Source of the DNA: Candidatus Xenobia bacterium
GTDB taxonomy: Bacteria > Vulcanimicrobiota > Xenobia > Xenobiales > QWHO01
DNA: 64,000 bases
Assembly (NCBI GenBank): GCA_045863235.1
Contig: BTUM01000016.1
Coordinates: 53,527 to 117,526, forward strand
Reading direction: 5' to 3'
Part shown: positions 47,596-56,468 of the stretch, piece after piece
How the letters are laid out: every line of letters starts with the position of its first letter
Position numbering within the stretch: the stretch's first letter is position 1
Translations under genes and position numbers: made by a program
The notes under the pieces: generated by a model
Database searches by the model: none
What the model was told of the DNA's origin: nothing
Seen by the model: only the letters and a program-made list of their open reading frames with translations

Positions 47596-47721
47596 CGCGG
47601 CCCTTTCGCCCCGAGGGCGAACGCTCCTCTTGGCAGGACCTTTGCCACGTCAGAAACGACAGAGCCCGATCGCAGACTGACAAACCCGGGATCCGCGGTC
47701 TTAAGCATCCGCTTGAACGTC

Positions 47722-47749
47722 AGGCGCCCGGTTTCGGAACCGGGCGCTT
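47722..47749. terminator. Stable hairpin, probable terminator of the upstream minus-strand unit
   Basis: GCGCCCGGTT-TCGG-AACCGGGCGC; no clear U tract. Confidence 0.5.
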
Positions 47750-47787
47750 CACGGTATGCTTCGCTCGTGGTCCAGAGTGCGAGCGCG

Positions 47788-48150
47788 CTAAAAGGAGCTG
47801 AGCGAGTTGGCCTTAGCGCTCCGCTTGTTGCCAGCCGAGAAGGCGGCCTGGGGCTGCACCTGGCTCTTCAGGACGTTGCCTGAGGATGCGGTGAAGTCGC
47901 TCAACCTGTGCACCGGAGCTCCCAGCGCCGGGTTCTCGAGGTAGCTCGGCACCTGCATGTTCTGGGCCAGCTTGCGACCCTGGACAGTGCCGCCCAGCTT
48001 GCGGGCGGCGGGGATGTCGGGCAGCCGGTTGACGGCCGAGCCGGGCTGAAAAGCCTCGCTCGAGGTGGTGCGGCCGGGCTCGGCCATACCCGGCAGCGCC
48101 AGGCAGCCCAGAAGGACCGTGCTCAAAATCAGTTTTCGCATGCTCATCAA
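47788..48150 (-). CDS. Small secreted hypothetical protein
   Basis: GGAGG RBS; signal peptide MRKLILSTVLLGCLALPGMA. Confidence 0.6.
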   Translation of the reverse strand: MMSMRKLILSTVLLGCLALPGMAEPGRTTSSEAFQPGSAVNRLPDIPAARKLGGTVQGRKLAQNMQVPSYLENPALGAPVHRLSDFTASSGNVLKSQVQPQAAFSAGNKRSAKANSLSSF

Positions 48151-48166
48151 CCTCCGGAACTCAATT

Positions 48167-48658
48167 CTACCCTTCCTCCAGGAAGGGTTGCAAGGTCTTC
48201 TTCATCTGGTTGCGCTGGATGTGGGCCAGCACCAGCTCCTGGATGACCAGCTCGGCGCTGGCGTTCTGAAGCCACATGGAAGAGCTGTAAAAGACGCCCG
48301 CGTCGCCCGCCAGACTGACCTTGCCCACGAAGATGGTGTCGTTGATCTCGGCCATTTTCTTGAGCATCTGGGGAGGCATGGCGCCCCCTTTGGGCACCTC
48401 CATCACCAGGGTGTAAAAGTGCAGCAGCTTCAAGGACTCCACCGTTCCGTCCCCGATAGCCGCTTCTTTGGCGATGACCACCACCGTCTCGTTGTCGAGC
48501 GTGACGGGGATCTTGAACTCGCCCCCCTCGATGGCCGTGTACTCGATCTCGGCCTCCTTGAGCAGGGACTCCAGGGTCTTCTTGGCCTGCGCCTGAGCGC
48601 CCTGAGTGAGCAGAGCCAGGGCCAGCATCATCGATACGAATATGCGCAACGTCTCCAA
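48167..48658 (-). CDS. Secreted YbjN / type III chaperone-fold-like protein
   Basis: Signal peptide ending AQA; LESLLKEAEIEY..LLHFYT..MLKKMAEINDTIFVGKVSL..FYSSSM pattern. Confidence 0.55.
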   Translation of the reverse strand: METLRIFVSMMLALALLTQGAQAQAKKTLESLLKEAEIEYTAIEGGEFKIPVTLDNETVVVIAKEAAIGDGTVESLKLLHFYTLVMEVPKGGAMPPQMLKKMAEINDTIFVGKVSLAGDAGVFYSSSMWLQNASAELVIQELVLAHIQRNQMKKTLQPFLEEG

Positions 48659-48665
48659 TCCTTCC

Positions 48666-50483
48666 TTACATCTCGGCGGGCAACTGGACCACCATCAGCT
48701 CGGCCACCACGCCCTGCTTGACCAGCACGGCCAGTCCAAGGTTCCGGTAGAAGCGGTAGTTTACCTCCGGGCTGTCCAACTGACGAAAGTCGTAGGTTTG
48801 CTCGGCCAGAGCCTTCTCCAGGTCTTGCTTGCTCATCCCCACCCGCAGGGCTGTCTCGCGGCTGCCCAGGCCCGATTCGCGCAGGCTCAACGGGGGAGCC
48901 TCGACGCCGCTCAGGCGGATGCCCATCACTTTGTCGGTGGCCAGCATGTCCACCCCCGGCAGGTGGTAAGCGGCCAGGTTGGCCGGCCCGGCCACCGGCA
49001 CCTTGCGGGCATCCTTGGGCACCTTCTCGACCGGATCGGCCAGGGTCACCAGCGTGCCTGGCTTCACCTCGACGCTGGTCAGGGGGCGGTAGCGCACCAG
49101 CGCCTGAGGGCCCTTCGGCTGCTTGGGGTTCAGCTTCTGAGCCTGGCAAAGGGCGAGATACTGCTCTTGAGCCAGCTTCCACCAGGCCGAGCTCTGGTTG
49201 GCCCGGTCGAGGTACTGCTCGAACAGTTTGGCCGCTTCCCCGGGTTTCCCGCCCCTGGCCAGCGCCTGAGCGCGGTTGTACAGCAGAGCGGTGATGAGCG
49301 CTTCAGAGGGGGCCAGGTTGGCGCTGCCAGCGAAGGAGCGTCCCAGCGCCTCGGCCCGGTCCAGCCGGGCGACGCTGTTGCTGACCTTCCCCCCGGCCAG
49401 GTCGGCCACGCCGGCGTTCACCAGGACGCTGGCCAGAGCCAGGTCGTCCAGGCTCTTGTCCTGCTCGGCCGTCTTGGCGGCTTCGAGCAAGTACTGACTG
49501 GCTTTGTCCAGCTTAGGGCCGCTGGGATCGACCAGCCACGCGATTCCCAGGTTGGCCCGCGCCAGAGTGAGCTTGGGATTGAGCGCCACGGCCTTCTCCA
49601 GGCACTCGACCGCCTCCATCCACAGCTCCTCGTCGCCCCCTCGCAGGGCCGTCTCCAGAGTGGCGGACCGGCGATAGAAGCCTCCGCAGACAATCTGCCC
49701 CACGTTCAGCTTGCGCAGCTCGTCAGCCTGGAGGCCGTCGCAGTACTGCATCAAGAGAGCATAGCCCAGGTTGGACCAGGCCTCGGCGCAATTGGGGAAC
49801 TGGCCGGTCACCTCGTAGTAGCAGCTGGCCGCCGGTCGGTACTGCTCGATGAGCAAGAAGACGGCTCCGTTCTCGAAGGCACTCATGGCCTTCCAGAGCT
49901 CGGACTGCTTGGGGTCGAGGAAGACCATGCGCTCCTTCCAACTGGGATGGTCGGCCGACAGCCCCTCGAAGCTGGAGTAGGAGCTGCCCACCTCGAGCAT
50001 CCGGCCCACGCTGCCCAGGGCCGCCTGGTAATTGAAGCCGGCCTTGAGGGCCAGCTCCATGCCCAGCTTGTCGGCCGCCAGCTCCTGGTCGCGGGTGTAG
50101 ACCACCTCCAGAAAGGCCGTCTTGGCCTGGTTGTTCTCGGGTTTGCAGTGACCAAGCAAAAGGTGGGAGAGCTCGTGGCCCCCGATGAAGGCCAGCCGGT
50201 CGGCCTTGTTCTCGATCACCTTGTTGAGCAGGCCGCGGTAGAAAACGATGTGCGGCACGGGCGGCTTGCCGCCATCCTGGGTCTTGAGGGTGGCGTAGGC
50301 ATTCACCACGTCTTCCTCGCGCACTTCCAGCACGGGCGGCCAGGCCACCCCGGCCGGGGGCTTGGAGACGGCCATCAGGCGCAGCATGACACCCTCCACC
50401 AGGGGGCGGTCCTTCTCAGGAACATCGGCCGAGGCGACGCTGACGCTCAGGGCCAGGGCCAGTATCCAGTGTTTCAGATTCAA
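48666..50483 (-). CDS. Secreted M48 metallopeptidase with TPR repeats
   Basis: Signal peptide; VNAYA, HELSH, QELAAD, DHPSWKER; AWSNLGYA and ARANLGIA TPRs. Confidence 0.85.
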   Translation of the reverse strand: MNLKHWILALALSVSVASADVPEKDRPLVEGVMLRLMAVSKPPAGVAWPPVLEVREEDVVNAYATLKTQDGGKPPVPHIVFYRGLLNKVIENKADRLAFIGGHELSHLLLGHCKPENNQAKTAFLEVVYTRDQELAADKLGMELALKAGFNYQAALGSVGRMLEVGSSYSSFEGLSADHPSWKERMVFLDPKQSELWKAMSAFENGAVFLLIEQYRPAASCYYEVTGQFPNCAEAWSNLGYALLMQYCDGLQADELRKLNVGQIVCGGFYRRSATLETALRGGDEELWMEAVECLEKAVALNPKLTLARANLGIAWLVDPSGPKLDKASQYLLEAAKTAEQDKSLDDLALASVLVNAGVADLAGGKVSNSVARLDRAEALGRSFAGSANLAPSEALITALLYNRAQALARGGKPGEAAKLFEQYLDRANQSSAWWKLAQEQYLALCQAQKLNPKQPKGPQALVRYRPLTSVEVKPGTLVTLADPVEKVPKDARKVPVAGPANLAAYHLPGVDMLATDKVMGIRLSGVEAPPLSLRESGLGSRETALRVGMSKQDLEKALAEQTYDFRQLDSPEVNYRFYRNLGLAVLVKQGVVAELMVVQLPAEM

Positions 50484-50528
50484 ATGCGCTACTCCTCGAA
50501 TGGCTTACGGTTTGCCGCAGAGGATTCC

Positions 50529-51470
50529 ATGTCTTCCCCGGCGATGCCTGCCGCAAGATCCGAACGCCAGGCCGTCGAACCAGGCCAGGTGCGTCGGCGC
50601 TATCTCGAACTGTTGAAGTCGGCCCTCGGAGACCGGCTCTACCCGAGAGCCGAGGACGCCGAGGTGACCCTGGCCGAGCTGTCCCGGGCCGAGGGCCTGA
50701 GCGCCCAGGTGCGACAACTCCTCAGCCTGCCGGCCATCCCGCAGGAGCAGCGCTCCCTGCTCGAGCGGTTGTCTACCACGGACAATGAGACCATGGCAAG
50801 ATTTCTGCGCGACAACACCCCCCGCGCCCACACCCTCGTGAGCCGGGCTGCCCTCGACAACGTGGAAGACTGCGTGGCCACGGCACTGGCGCAGGGCGTG
50901 ACCGGCGATCTGATGGAATGCGGCGTGTGGCAGGGCGGGGTGACCATCCTCATGCGCGCCCTGCTCGAGGCCTACGCTGACCCCGACCGCCAGGTATGGG
51001 TGGCCGACTCGTTTCAGGGCTTGCCCCGGCCTGACCCGTCCGTGGACGTGCTGGACGCGGCCCTGCATACCTTTCTCCATGCGGTGGGAGGCCTGGCCGT
51101 CTCTCTGGAGGCCGTGCAGGAGAACTTTCGCCGCTACGATCTGCTCGACGAGCGGGTGCGCTTTCTGCCGGGCTGGTTCGCCGACACGCTCCCCGGCGCG
51201 CCCATCGAGAGACTGGCCGTGCTGCGCCTGGATGGTGACTGGTACGAATCCACCCGCACCGCGCTCGAATGCCTCTATCCCAGGGTTTCCCCCGGCGGAT
51301 TCGTGATCATCGACGACTATGCCGAGCTCTTCGGGGCCCAGCGGGCGGTGGACGAGTATCGGAAAAGCCACGCAATCGCGTCACCGCTCATCCAGGTGAA
51401 CGACCAGGTCCACTACTGGCGCAAGCCCTACCCGACCGCGACGATCATCTCCGAGTCGCGCAGAGCCTGA
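50529..51470 (+). CDS. TylF/MycF/NovP-family O-methyltransferase
   Basis: ATG 50529; GDLMECGVWQGG, VADSFQGLP, GWFADTLP, LRLDGDWYEST, IIDDY. Confidence 0.9.
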   Translation: MSSPAMPAARSERQAVEPGQVRRRYLELLKSALGDRLYPRAEDAEVTLAELSRAEGLSAQVRQLLSLPAIPQEQRSLLERLSTTDNETMARFLRDNTPRAHTLVSRAALDNVEDCVATALAQGVTGDLMECGVWQGGVTILMRALLEAYADPDRQVWVADSFQGLPRPDPSVDVLDAALHTFLHAVGGLAVSLEAVQENFRRYDLLDERVRFLPGWFADTLPGAPIERLAVLRLDGDWYESTRTALECLYPRVSPGGFVIIDDYAELFGAQRAVDEYRKSHAIASPLIQVNDQVHYWRKPYPTATIISESRRA

Positions 51471-51622
51471 ACCACCAGCCGTCCGGGCCCCTCCAGGCGC
51501 TCTCCCGGTCGCAGGAGATAGTCGTTGCGATCGCCCGCGCGCGTGACCCAGAGCAGCCCTCGCTGGCAGCTCACCGACGTAGACACCGACATCACTGCAT
51601 TTCTTCTCAGATCAACGCTCAT
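51428..51622 (-). CDS. DUF2917-like small cupin-type protein
   Basis: MSVDLRRN..SCQRGLLWVTRAGDRNDYLLRPGE..VVQAL; divergent from a MocR regulator. Confidence 0.75.
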   Translation of the reverse strand: MSVDLRRNAVMSVSTSVSCQRGLLWVTRAGDRNDYLLRPGERLEGPGRLVVQALRDSEMIVAVG

Positions 51623-51670
51623 AACTTGACGATGCCATACTCTTCGCTGTAAGAACAGAGACAGAAAACG

Positions 51671-51709
51671 CAAACTGTGTCGGTAACAGTTTGGCAACAA
51701 ATCAACTGT
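51671..51709. promoter_or_regulatory. Probable MocR-type operator
   Basis: Palindrome CAAACTGT-N7-ACAGTTTG plus a further AACTGT half-site in the divergent intergenic region. Confidence 0.6.
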
Positions 51710-51739
51710 ACCGGCTCTGCCGGGGAGGGAATAGGACGG

Positions 51740-53173
51740 ATGTCCCCAACCACCGAGCGCGAGCGGCTCTACGAGCAGGTCGCCCACAATATCGAGCACC
51801 TGGTCCAGACTGGCACCTTCAAGAGCGGCGAGCGCATCCCGTCGGTGCGGGTGCTGAGCAAGCAGATGGAGGTCAGCGTGACCACCGTGCTCGAGGCCTA
51901 CCGCATGCTCGAGGACCGGGGCCTGATCGAAGCCCGACCCCAGTCGGGCTACTACGTGCGGGCCGCCCGGCCCGAGCCGCCCGCCCCTCCCGAGCCGGAC
52001 GTTCCCCTGGAAGGCCCGCGCGAGGTCACGGTGGGAGAGCTGATCATGCGCTTTATCCGCGACCACCGGGACCGTTCCCGGCTGGCCCTGGGCGCGGCCG
52101 CCCCCAACCCCGAGCTGATGCCCACCCAGCGTCTGAACCGTTGCCTGGCCACGGTGGCCCGCAACCGGCCGCTGGATACGACCATGTACGAGTTTGCGCC
52201 CGGCTCGGAGGAGCTGCGCGTGCAGATCGCCCGCCGCATGCTCGACGCGGGCTGCGTGCTGAGCCCGGACGACATCGTGGTCACCAACGGCTGCCAGGAG
52301 GCCCTGGTGCTGGCGCTGCAGGCCACCTGCCACGCCGGGGAGGCGGTGGCGGTGGAGTCGCCCGCCTTCTACGGGCACTTCAAAGCCATCGAGATGCTGG
52401 GGCTCAAAGCCATCGAGATCCCCACCCACCCCGACACGGGGATCAGCCTGGACGCGCTGGAGTTCGCCATGAACCAGCACCCCATCAAGGCCGTGCTGTG
52501 TACTCCCTGCCACTCCAATCCGCTGGGCAGCCGCATGCCCGAAGAGTCCAAGGTCCGCCTGGTGGAGATGGCCACCGAGCGCGACATTCCGGTCATCGAG
52601 GACGACGTCTACGGGGATCTGTGCTTCGACCACCACCGCCCGCATGCCCTGAAGGCCTTCGAAAAGCAGCCCGGGCACGTCTTGCTCTGCTCGTCCTTCA
52701 GCAAGACCCTGGCCCCCGGCTATCGCATCGGCTGGGTGGTCACAGGGGAGCGCTTCCGCGATCGGGTGGAGCTGAGCAAGACCTTCACCAACCTGGCCAG
52801 CCCGGCTGCCACCCAGCTGGCCGTGGCCGAGTTCCTGGCCAACGGCGGCTACGACCAGCACCTGCGCCGGGTGCGCCGCATCTATGCCAGCCAGACCGCC
52901 CGGGTGGCCGACGCGGTGGGGCGGCTCTTTCCGGCTGGCACCCGCTGCACCCACCCGACCGGGGGCTTCGTGCTCTGGATCGAGATGCCGCGCCACGTGG
53001 ACGCGCTGGAGGTCTACTCGAAAGCCCTGCAGGAAGGCATCACCCTGGCTCCGGGCCACCTGTTCAGCACCAGTCCGCGTTTCAAGCACTTCATCCGGCT
53101 CAACACGGCCTACTGGTCCCCCCGGGTGGAGAGAGCCATCGAAACCATCGCCGGCATCGTGCACAAGGGCTGA
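51740..53173 (+). CDS. GntR/MocR-family PLP-dependent transcriptional regulator
   Basis: ATG 51740; [51 protein letters not shown]. Confidence 0.92.
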   Translation: MSPTTERERLYEQVAHNIEHLVQTGTFKSGERIPSVRVLSKQMEVSVTTVLEAYRMLEDRGLIEARPQSGYYVRAARPEPPAPPEPDVPLEGPREVTVGELIMRFIRDHRDRSRLALGAAAPNPELMPTQRLNRCLATVARNRPLDTTMYEFAPGSEELRVQIARRMLDAGCVLSPDDIVVTNGCQEALVLALQATCHAGEAVAVESPAFYGHFKAIEMLGLKAIEIPTHPDTGISLDALEFAMNQHPIKAVLCTPCHSNPLGSRMPEESKVRLVEMATERDIPVIEDDVYGDLCFDHHRPHALKAFEKQPGHVLLCSSFSKTLAPGYRIGWVVTGERFRDRVELSKTFTNLASPAATQLAVAEFLANGGYDQHLRRVRRIYASQTARVADAVGRLFPAGTRCTHPTGGFVLWIEMPRHVDALEVYSKALQEGITLAPGHLFSTSPRFKHFIRLNTAYWSPRVERAIETIAGIVHKG

Positions 53174-53220
53174 CCTGCGCACCCGGGAACTTTTCCTCCC
53201 GACGCGCTGTTGACCACAGC

Positions 53221-53691
53221 ATGAAGCAGACAATCGCATTTCTGGCTCTCACCGTGGCGCTGGTCGGGGCGACCATGGCCGAGCCCAGGTTCCCCGTCCA
53301 GAAGACCGACGCCGAGTGGAAAAAGCAGCTCACCCCCGAGCAGTACCGCATCCTGCGGGGCAAGGGGACCGAGATGTCCTGCCAGACCAACCCCATGATC
53401 TTGAGCAAGGAGCCTGGCCAGTTCCTGTGCGTGGGCTGCGGTCAGGTGCTGTTCGAGACGAAGGCCAAGTTTCAGTCCGGGACGGGCTGGCCCAGTTTCT
53501 ACCAGCCCTTCAAACCGGGCAGCGTGGTCAATGTGACCGACACCAGCCACGGCATGGTCCGCGTGGAGGTGCTCTGCTCGCGCTGCGGCGGGCACCTGGG
53601 CCACGTCTTTGAGGACGGCCCTCCGCCCACCGGGCTTCGCTACTGCATCAACTCGGTGTGCCTCAAGTTCGTGCCTGCCAAGAAGCCCTGA
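53221..53691 (+). CDS. msrB: Peptide-methionine (R)-S-oxide reductase with signal peptide
   Basis: [45 protein letters not shown]. Confidence 0.92.
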   Translation: MKQTIAFLALTVALVGATMAEPRFPVQKTDAEWKKQLTPEQYRILRGKGTEMSCQTNPMILSKEPGQFLCVGCGQVLFETKAKFQSGTGWPSFYQPFKPGSVVNVTDTSHGMVRVEVLCSRCGGHLGHVFEDGPPPTGLRYCINSVCLKFVPAKKP

Positions 53692-53766
53692 GTCGGTTGA
53701 GCCAACCCGTCCTGATTCGGCCCTTGAGGGAATGAGCTGCCCGACGCGGAATGCGCCAGGGCAAGC

Positions 53767-54897
53767 ATGGTCGTGACCCCCCACCCCGAGCTCGATGACT
53801 TTCCCCGCCTGACGGGCCAGGAGGCCCTCTGGCCCTACCTGCTGGCGTCAGCCTTGCTGTTCGTGCTGGGGCTCTACCTGATCATCACGCCGGGCACGAC
53901 CGGGCCGCAGGCTGCGCGAGATCGAGCCCCGATCGAACGACTCGGGCTGAACGCTCCCCAGCCTCGGGCGAAGGGCAAAAGGACGCTTCGCCTCGGCTTT
54001 CTGCCCGGAGCCACCTTCGAGCGCACGCTGCAAGAGCTGGCGGCCGACCTCGAGCAGCGCACCGAGGGGCGCATCGAGTTGCTCCCCATGCCAGGCTTCA
54101 GCCTGGAGGGACGCACGCTGGGCGAGCTCGAGCTGGTCAACCTGGTCTCGCTGGGCCGCCTCGAGATGGCGCTGTGCACCACCGCCCCCCTGTCGAATTA
54201 CAACTCTCGTTTCGAGGTGCTGGAGCTGCCCTTCTTGCTGGAGACCTACGAGCAGGCCGATCGTCTGCTTGACGGTCCCGTGGCCGAGCGCCTCAACCAG
54301 GGCCTTGAGCGCCACCAGCTCAGAGGACTGGGCTATCTTGAGATCGGCTTTCGCATCATCTCCAGCCGGGTTCCCATGCCCGGCGTGGACGACTTTCGCG
54401 GCCAGCGGTTGCGCGTGATGGAAAGCCGGACCAGCCTGCACCTGGCCCGCGCCCTGGGAGCCGAGGGAGTCGCCTGTCCGCCCGACAGGGTCTACGCCAT
54501 GAGCCGGGACAAGACCATCGAGGGCTCGGATCGAACCCTGCCCAGCTACTGGGCCTCCAAGCTGTATGAGGTGCAGCCCTACATCACCGAGACCCGGCAC
54601 ATGTACTCGGCCAAGGCCATCCTGATCAACGAGCTGGCCTATGACAGCCTCTCGCCCGAGGACCAGCAGGCCCTGTCGCAGGCCGTGGAGCGGGCCGAAA
54701 GAGGCCATCGCCAGCGGCAGCGAGCCGAGGAAGAGGAGGTCCGACGACGCTGCCAGGAGCGCGGCATCACCCTGTTCACCCTCAGCCCGGCCGAGCGCGA
54801 GAAGTTCCGAAAGTTGTGCCAGCCCCTCTACGAGGAGTTCGAGCAGAGCGGCGAGACCGGACTGCTGCAAGAGATCCGAACGCTCACCCGGCCCTGA
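53767..54897 (+). CDS. TRAP transporter substrate-binding protein (DctP-like) with N-terminal TM anchor
   Basis: LEQRTEGRI, LELPFL, GFRII, DFRGQRLRV, KLYEVQPYITETRH, YDSLSPEDQ. Confidence 0.8.
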   Translation: MVVTPHPELDDFPRLTGQEALWPYLLASALLFVLGLYLIITPGTTGPQAARDRAPIERLGLNAPQPRAKGKRTLRLGFLPGATFERTLQELAADLEQRTEGRIELLPMPGFSLEGRTLGELELVNLVSLGRLEMALCTTAPLSNYNSRFEVLELPFLLETYEQADRLLDGPVAERLNQGLERHQLRGLGYLEIGFRIISSRVPMPGVDDFRGQRLRVMESRTSLHLARALGAEGVACPPDRVYAMSRDKTIEGSDRTLPSYWASKLYEVQPYITETRHMYSAKAILINELAYDSLSPEDQQALSQAVERAERGHRQRQRAEEEEVRRRCQERGITLFTLSPAEREKFRKLCQPLYEEFEQSGETGLLQEIRTLTRP

Positions 54898-55117
54898 GAG
54901 CGTTCATCACGGAACGATCCGGCGGGGTCGCTCATGATCAGAGTCGAAAACCACACGAGGAGGGCAGTTACGCCATCGAGCTCTTCGGCCAGCTCGGCAC
55001 GGTGGCGGTCTGCGTGATCCACTTCCAGCTCGCCCCGCTCGATCCGGTCGCCGGGGTCGATCCCGTTGGCCTGAGCCCGTCAGCCCCTTGAGCTTCGTCG
55101 CATGGATGCGACGAAAC

Positions 55118-56353
55118 TCAAGGCGTCTTCTGGGCCTGCAGGTAGGGGCAGTTCCGGTTGGCGCCCGCCGTGCGGTAAGCGGCCAGCCGGGCCCGGTTGA
55201 GCTCGCCCCAGGGCCGCAGGACTTCGCGGTCGGCGGCCTGGCTGTGGGGCTCCTTGTTCTTCCAGACCGAAAAGCGAGTCTGCTCGGCCAGGTCGGCCTG
55301 CCGCCTGGCCTCGGCTGAATCGCTCTGGCGGGGGATCACGATCTCGCCCGCCGTCACCCAGGGCCCGCTCCAGCTCTCGCGGGCGTCGTAGGGGTCGTCC
55401 CCGGGCTGCATGAACTGAAGCTCCAGGCGCCAGCGCGTGTCTTTCTGGCTGGCCCGCTGCTCCATCTCGCTGGCCTGCCGCTCGGAAGAGGTGGCCCCCC
55501 TGCTCGCAAGGGGCGTGGCATCCCCTTCGGGGACTGCCCGCAGCTTGACCAGGTATTCCTTGCCATCCTTGCCCTGCAGGGCAAAGGGGGCCCGGCTCCA
55601 GGCCGTGAGGCCGGCCAGGCTGTCGAGCTCGGTGCGCATGCGCTTGACATCCATCAGCATCTTGACCCCGCTCAACGGGCCCACCTCGCTGGCGATCCGA
55701 CCCAGGCCGACCAGCTTGTTGGGATGGTTGATCATGTTGAACAACGCCAGCTGGGCCTCGGCGTCGCGGGCCTGGGAAACCTCGGTGAGCGGGCTGCCTC
55801 CGGTCAGCAGGATGTCGGTGGCCTGCCCGTCCGTCCCGTAGAGCTCGAGCGCCATGCCGAACATGCTGGCCCCGTCCGGGCCCGGCTCGTTGCTGGCGTC
55901 GGAGAAGCGGATCAAGCCCTCCTGCCGGTCCTCACTGAAGAACTGAAAGCGATTCTTGAGAGCGGGATTCCAGTGCACCTCGACCCCACTGCCAAAGAGC
56001 TGCTGGCGGTGCACCGGCCGGCTCATTCCGGGAGTCCCCTCGACCTCGGCCTGGCGGTGCTGCAGCCCGGTGATCTCGCGCCGGGTCTGATCGTCGAACA
56101 GCACCGCCTCCTGCCCGCTGCGGCTGTTCTCGGGCACGTCTGTGACGGCGGTGGCCAGCACCGGAGCGAGATCCCCCCAGACCAGGGTAGGCTGGCTGAC
56201 CGGCAAGCTCAGGACCGGCTTCGCAGAGAGCTGGCGACGGGGCTCTGTCGCGTAGCGCTCTACCTGCTGCAGGGCGTCCAGCTCGGCGGGCGCGCTGGGA
56301 ACCGGGCCCAGGCCGCGAAATGATGTGGACGGGGGAAACAGGTTGACTTGCAT
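55118..56353 (-). CDS. Catalase-related heme protein (hydroperoxide-metabolising type) with N-terminal extension
   Basis: Start ATG 56353; RPVH distal His, IRFSDAS, GMALEL, LELQF, RPWGELNRARLAAY proximal Tyr. Confidence 0.7.
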   Translation of the reverse strand: MQVNLFPPSTSFRGLGPVPSAPAELDALQQVERYATEPRRQLSAKPVLSLPVSQPTLVWGDLAPVLATAVTDVPENSRSGQEAVLFDDQTRREITGLQHRQAEVEGTPGMSRPVHRQQLFGSGVEVHWNPALKNRFQFFSEDRQEGLIRFSDASNEPGPDGASMFGMALELYGTDGQATDILLTGGSPLTEVSQARDAEAQLALFNMINHPNKLVGLGRIASEVGPLSGVKMLMDVKRMRTELDSLAGLTAWSRAPFALQGKDGKEYLVKLRAVPEGDATPLASRGATSSERQASEMEQRASQKDTRWRLELQFMQPGDDPYDARESWSGPWVTAGEIVIPRQSDSAEARRQADLAEQTRFSVWKNKEPHSQAADREVLRPWGELNRARLAAYRTAGANRNCPYLQAQKTP

Positions 56354-56362
56354 GGCGCCCTC

Positions 56363-56395
56363 ATCCAAGCTTTGCCCCCTGAAAGAACTCTGAAA
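56363..56395 (-). promoter_or_regulatory. TTTCAG-N5-TTTCAG promoter element, copy 7
   Basis: TTTCAG agttc TTTCAG, N10, TTGGAT, N9, ATG 56353. Confidence 0.68.
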
Positions 56396-56401
56396 GGCGC
56401 T

Positions 56402-56435
56402 TTTCAGAGATCTTTCAGGTTCCCCAGATTACCTT
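56402..56435 (+). promoter_or_regulatory. TTTCAG-N5-TTTCAG promoter element, copy 8 (back to back with copy 7)
   Basis: TTTCAG agatc TTTCAG, N11, TACCTT; AAAGGA RBS and ATG 56469. Confidence 0.68.
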
Positions 56436-56468
56436 CCGTCCGCTCAAGCAAGAAAGGACTCTCCTCCC

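Noticed and set aside
48606..50528. 954-aa + strand ORF 48606..51470 as a single giant protein
   Set aside because: The first 641 codons are the antisense shadow of the M48-TPR gene; only the TylF part from ATG 50529 is real.
54900..55115. Small ORFs between dctP and the catalase-like gene
   Set aside because: Short, overlapping and without recognisable features.
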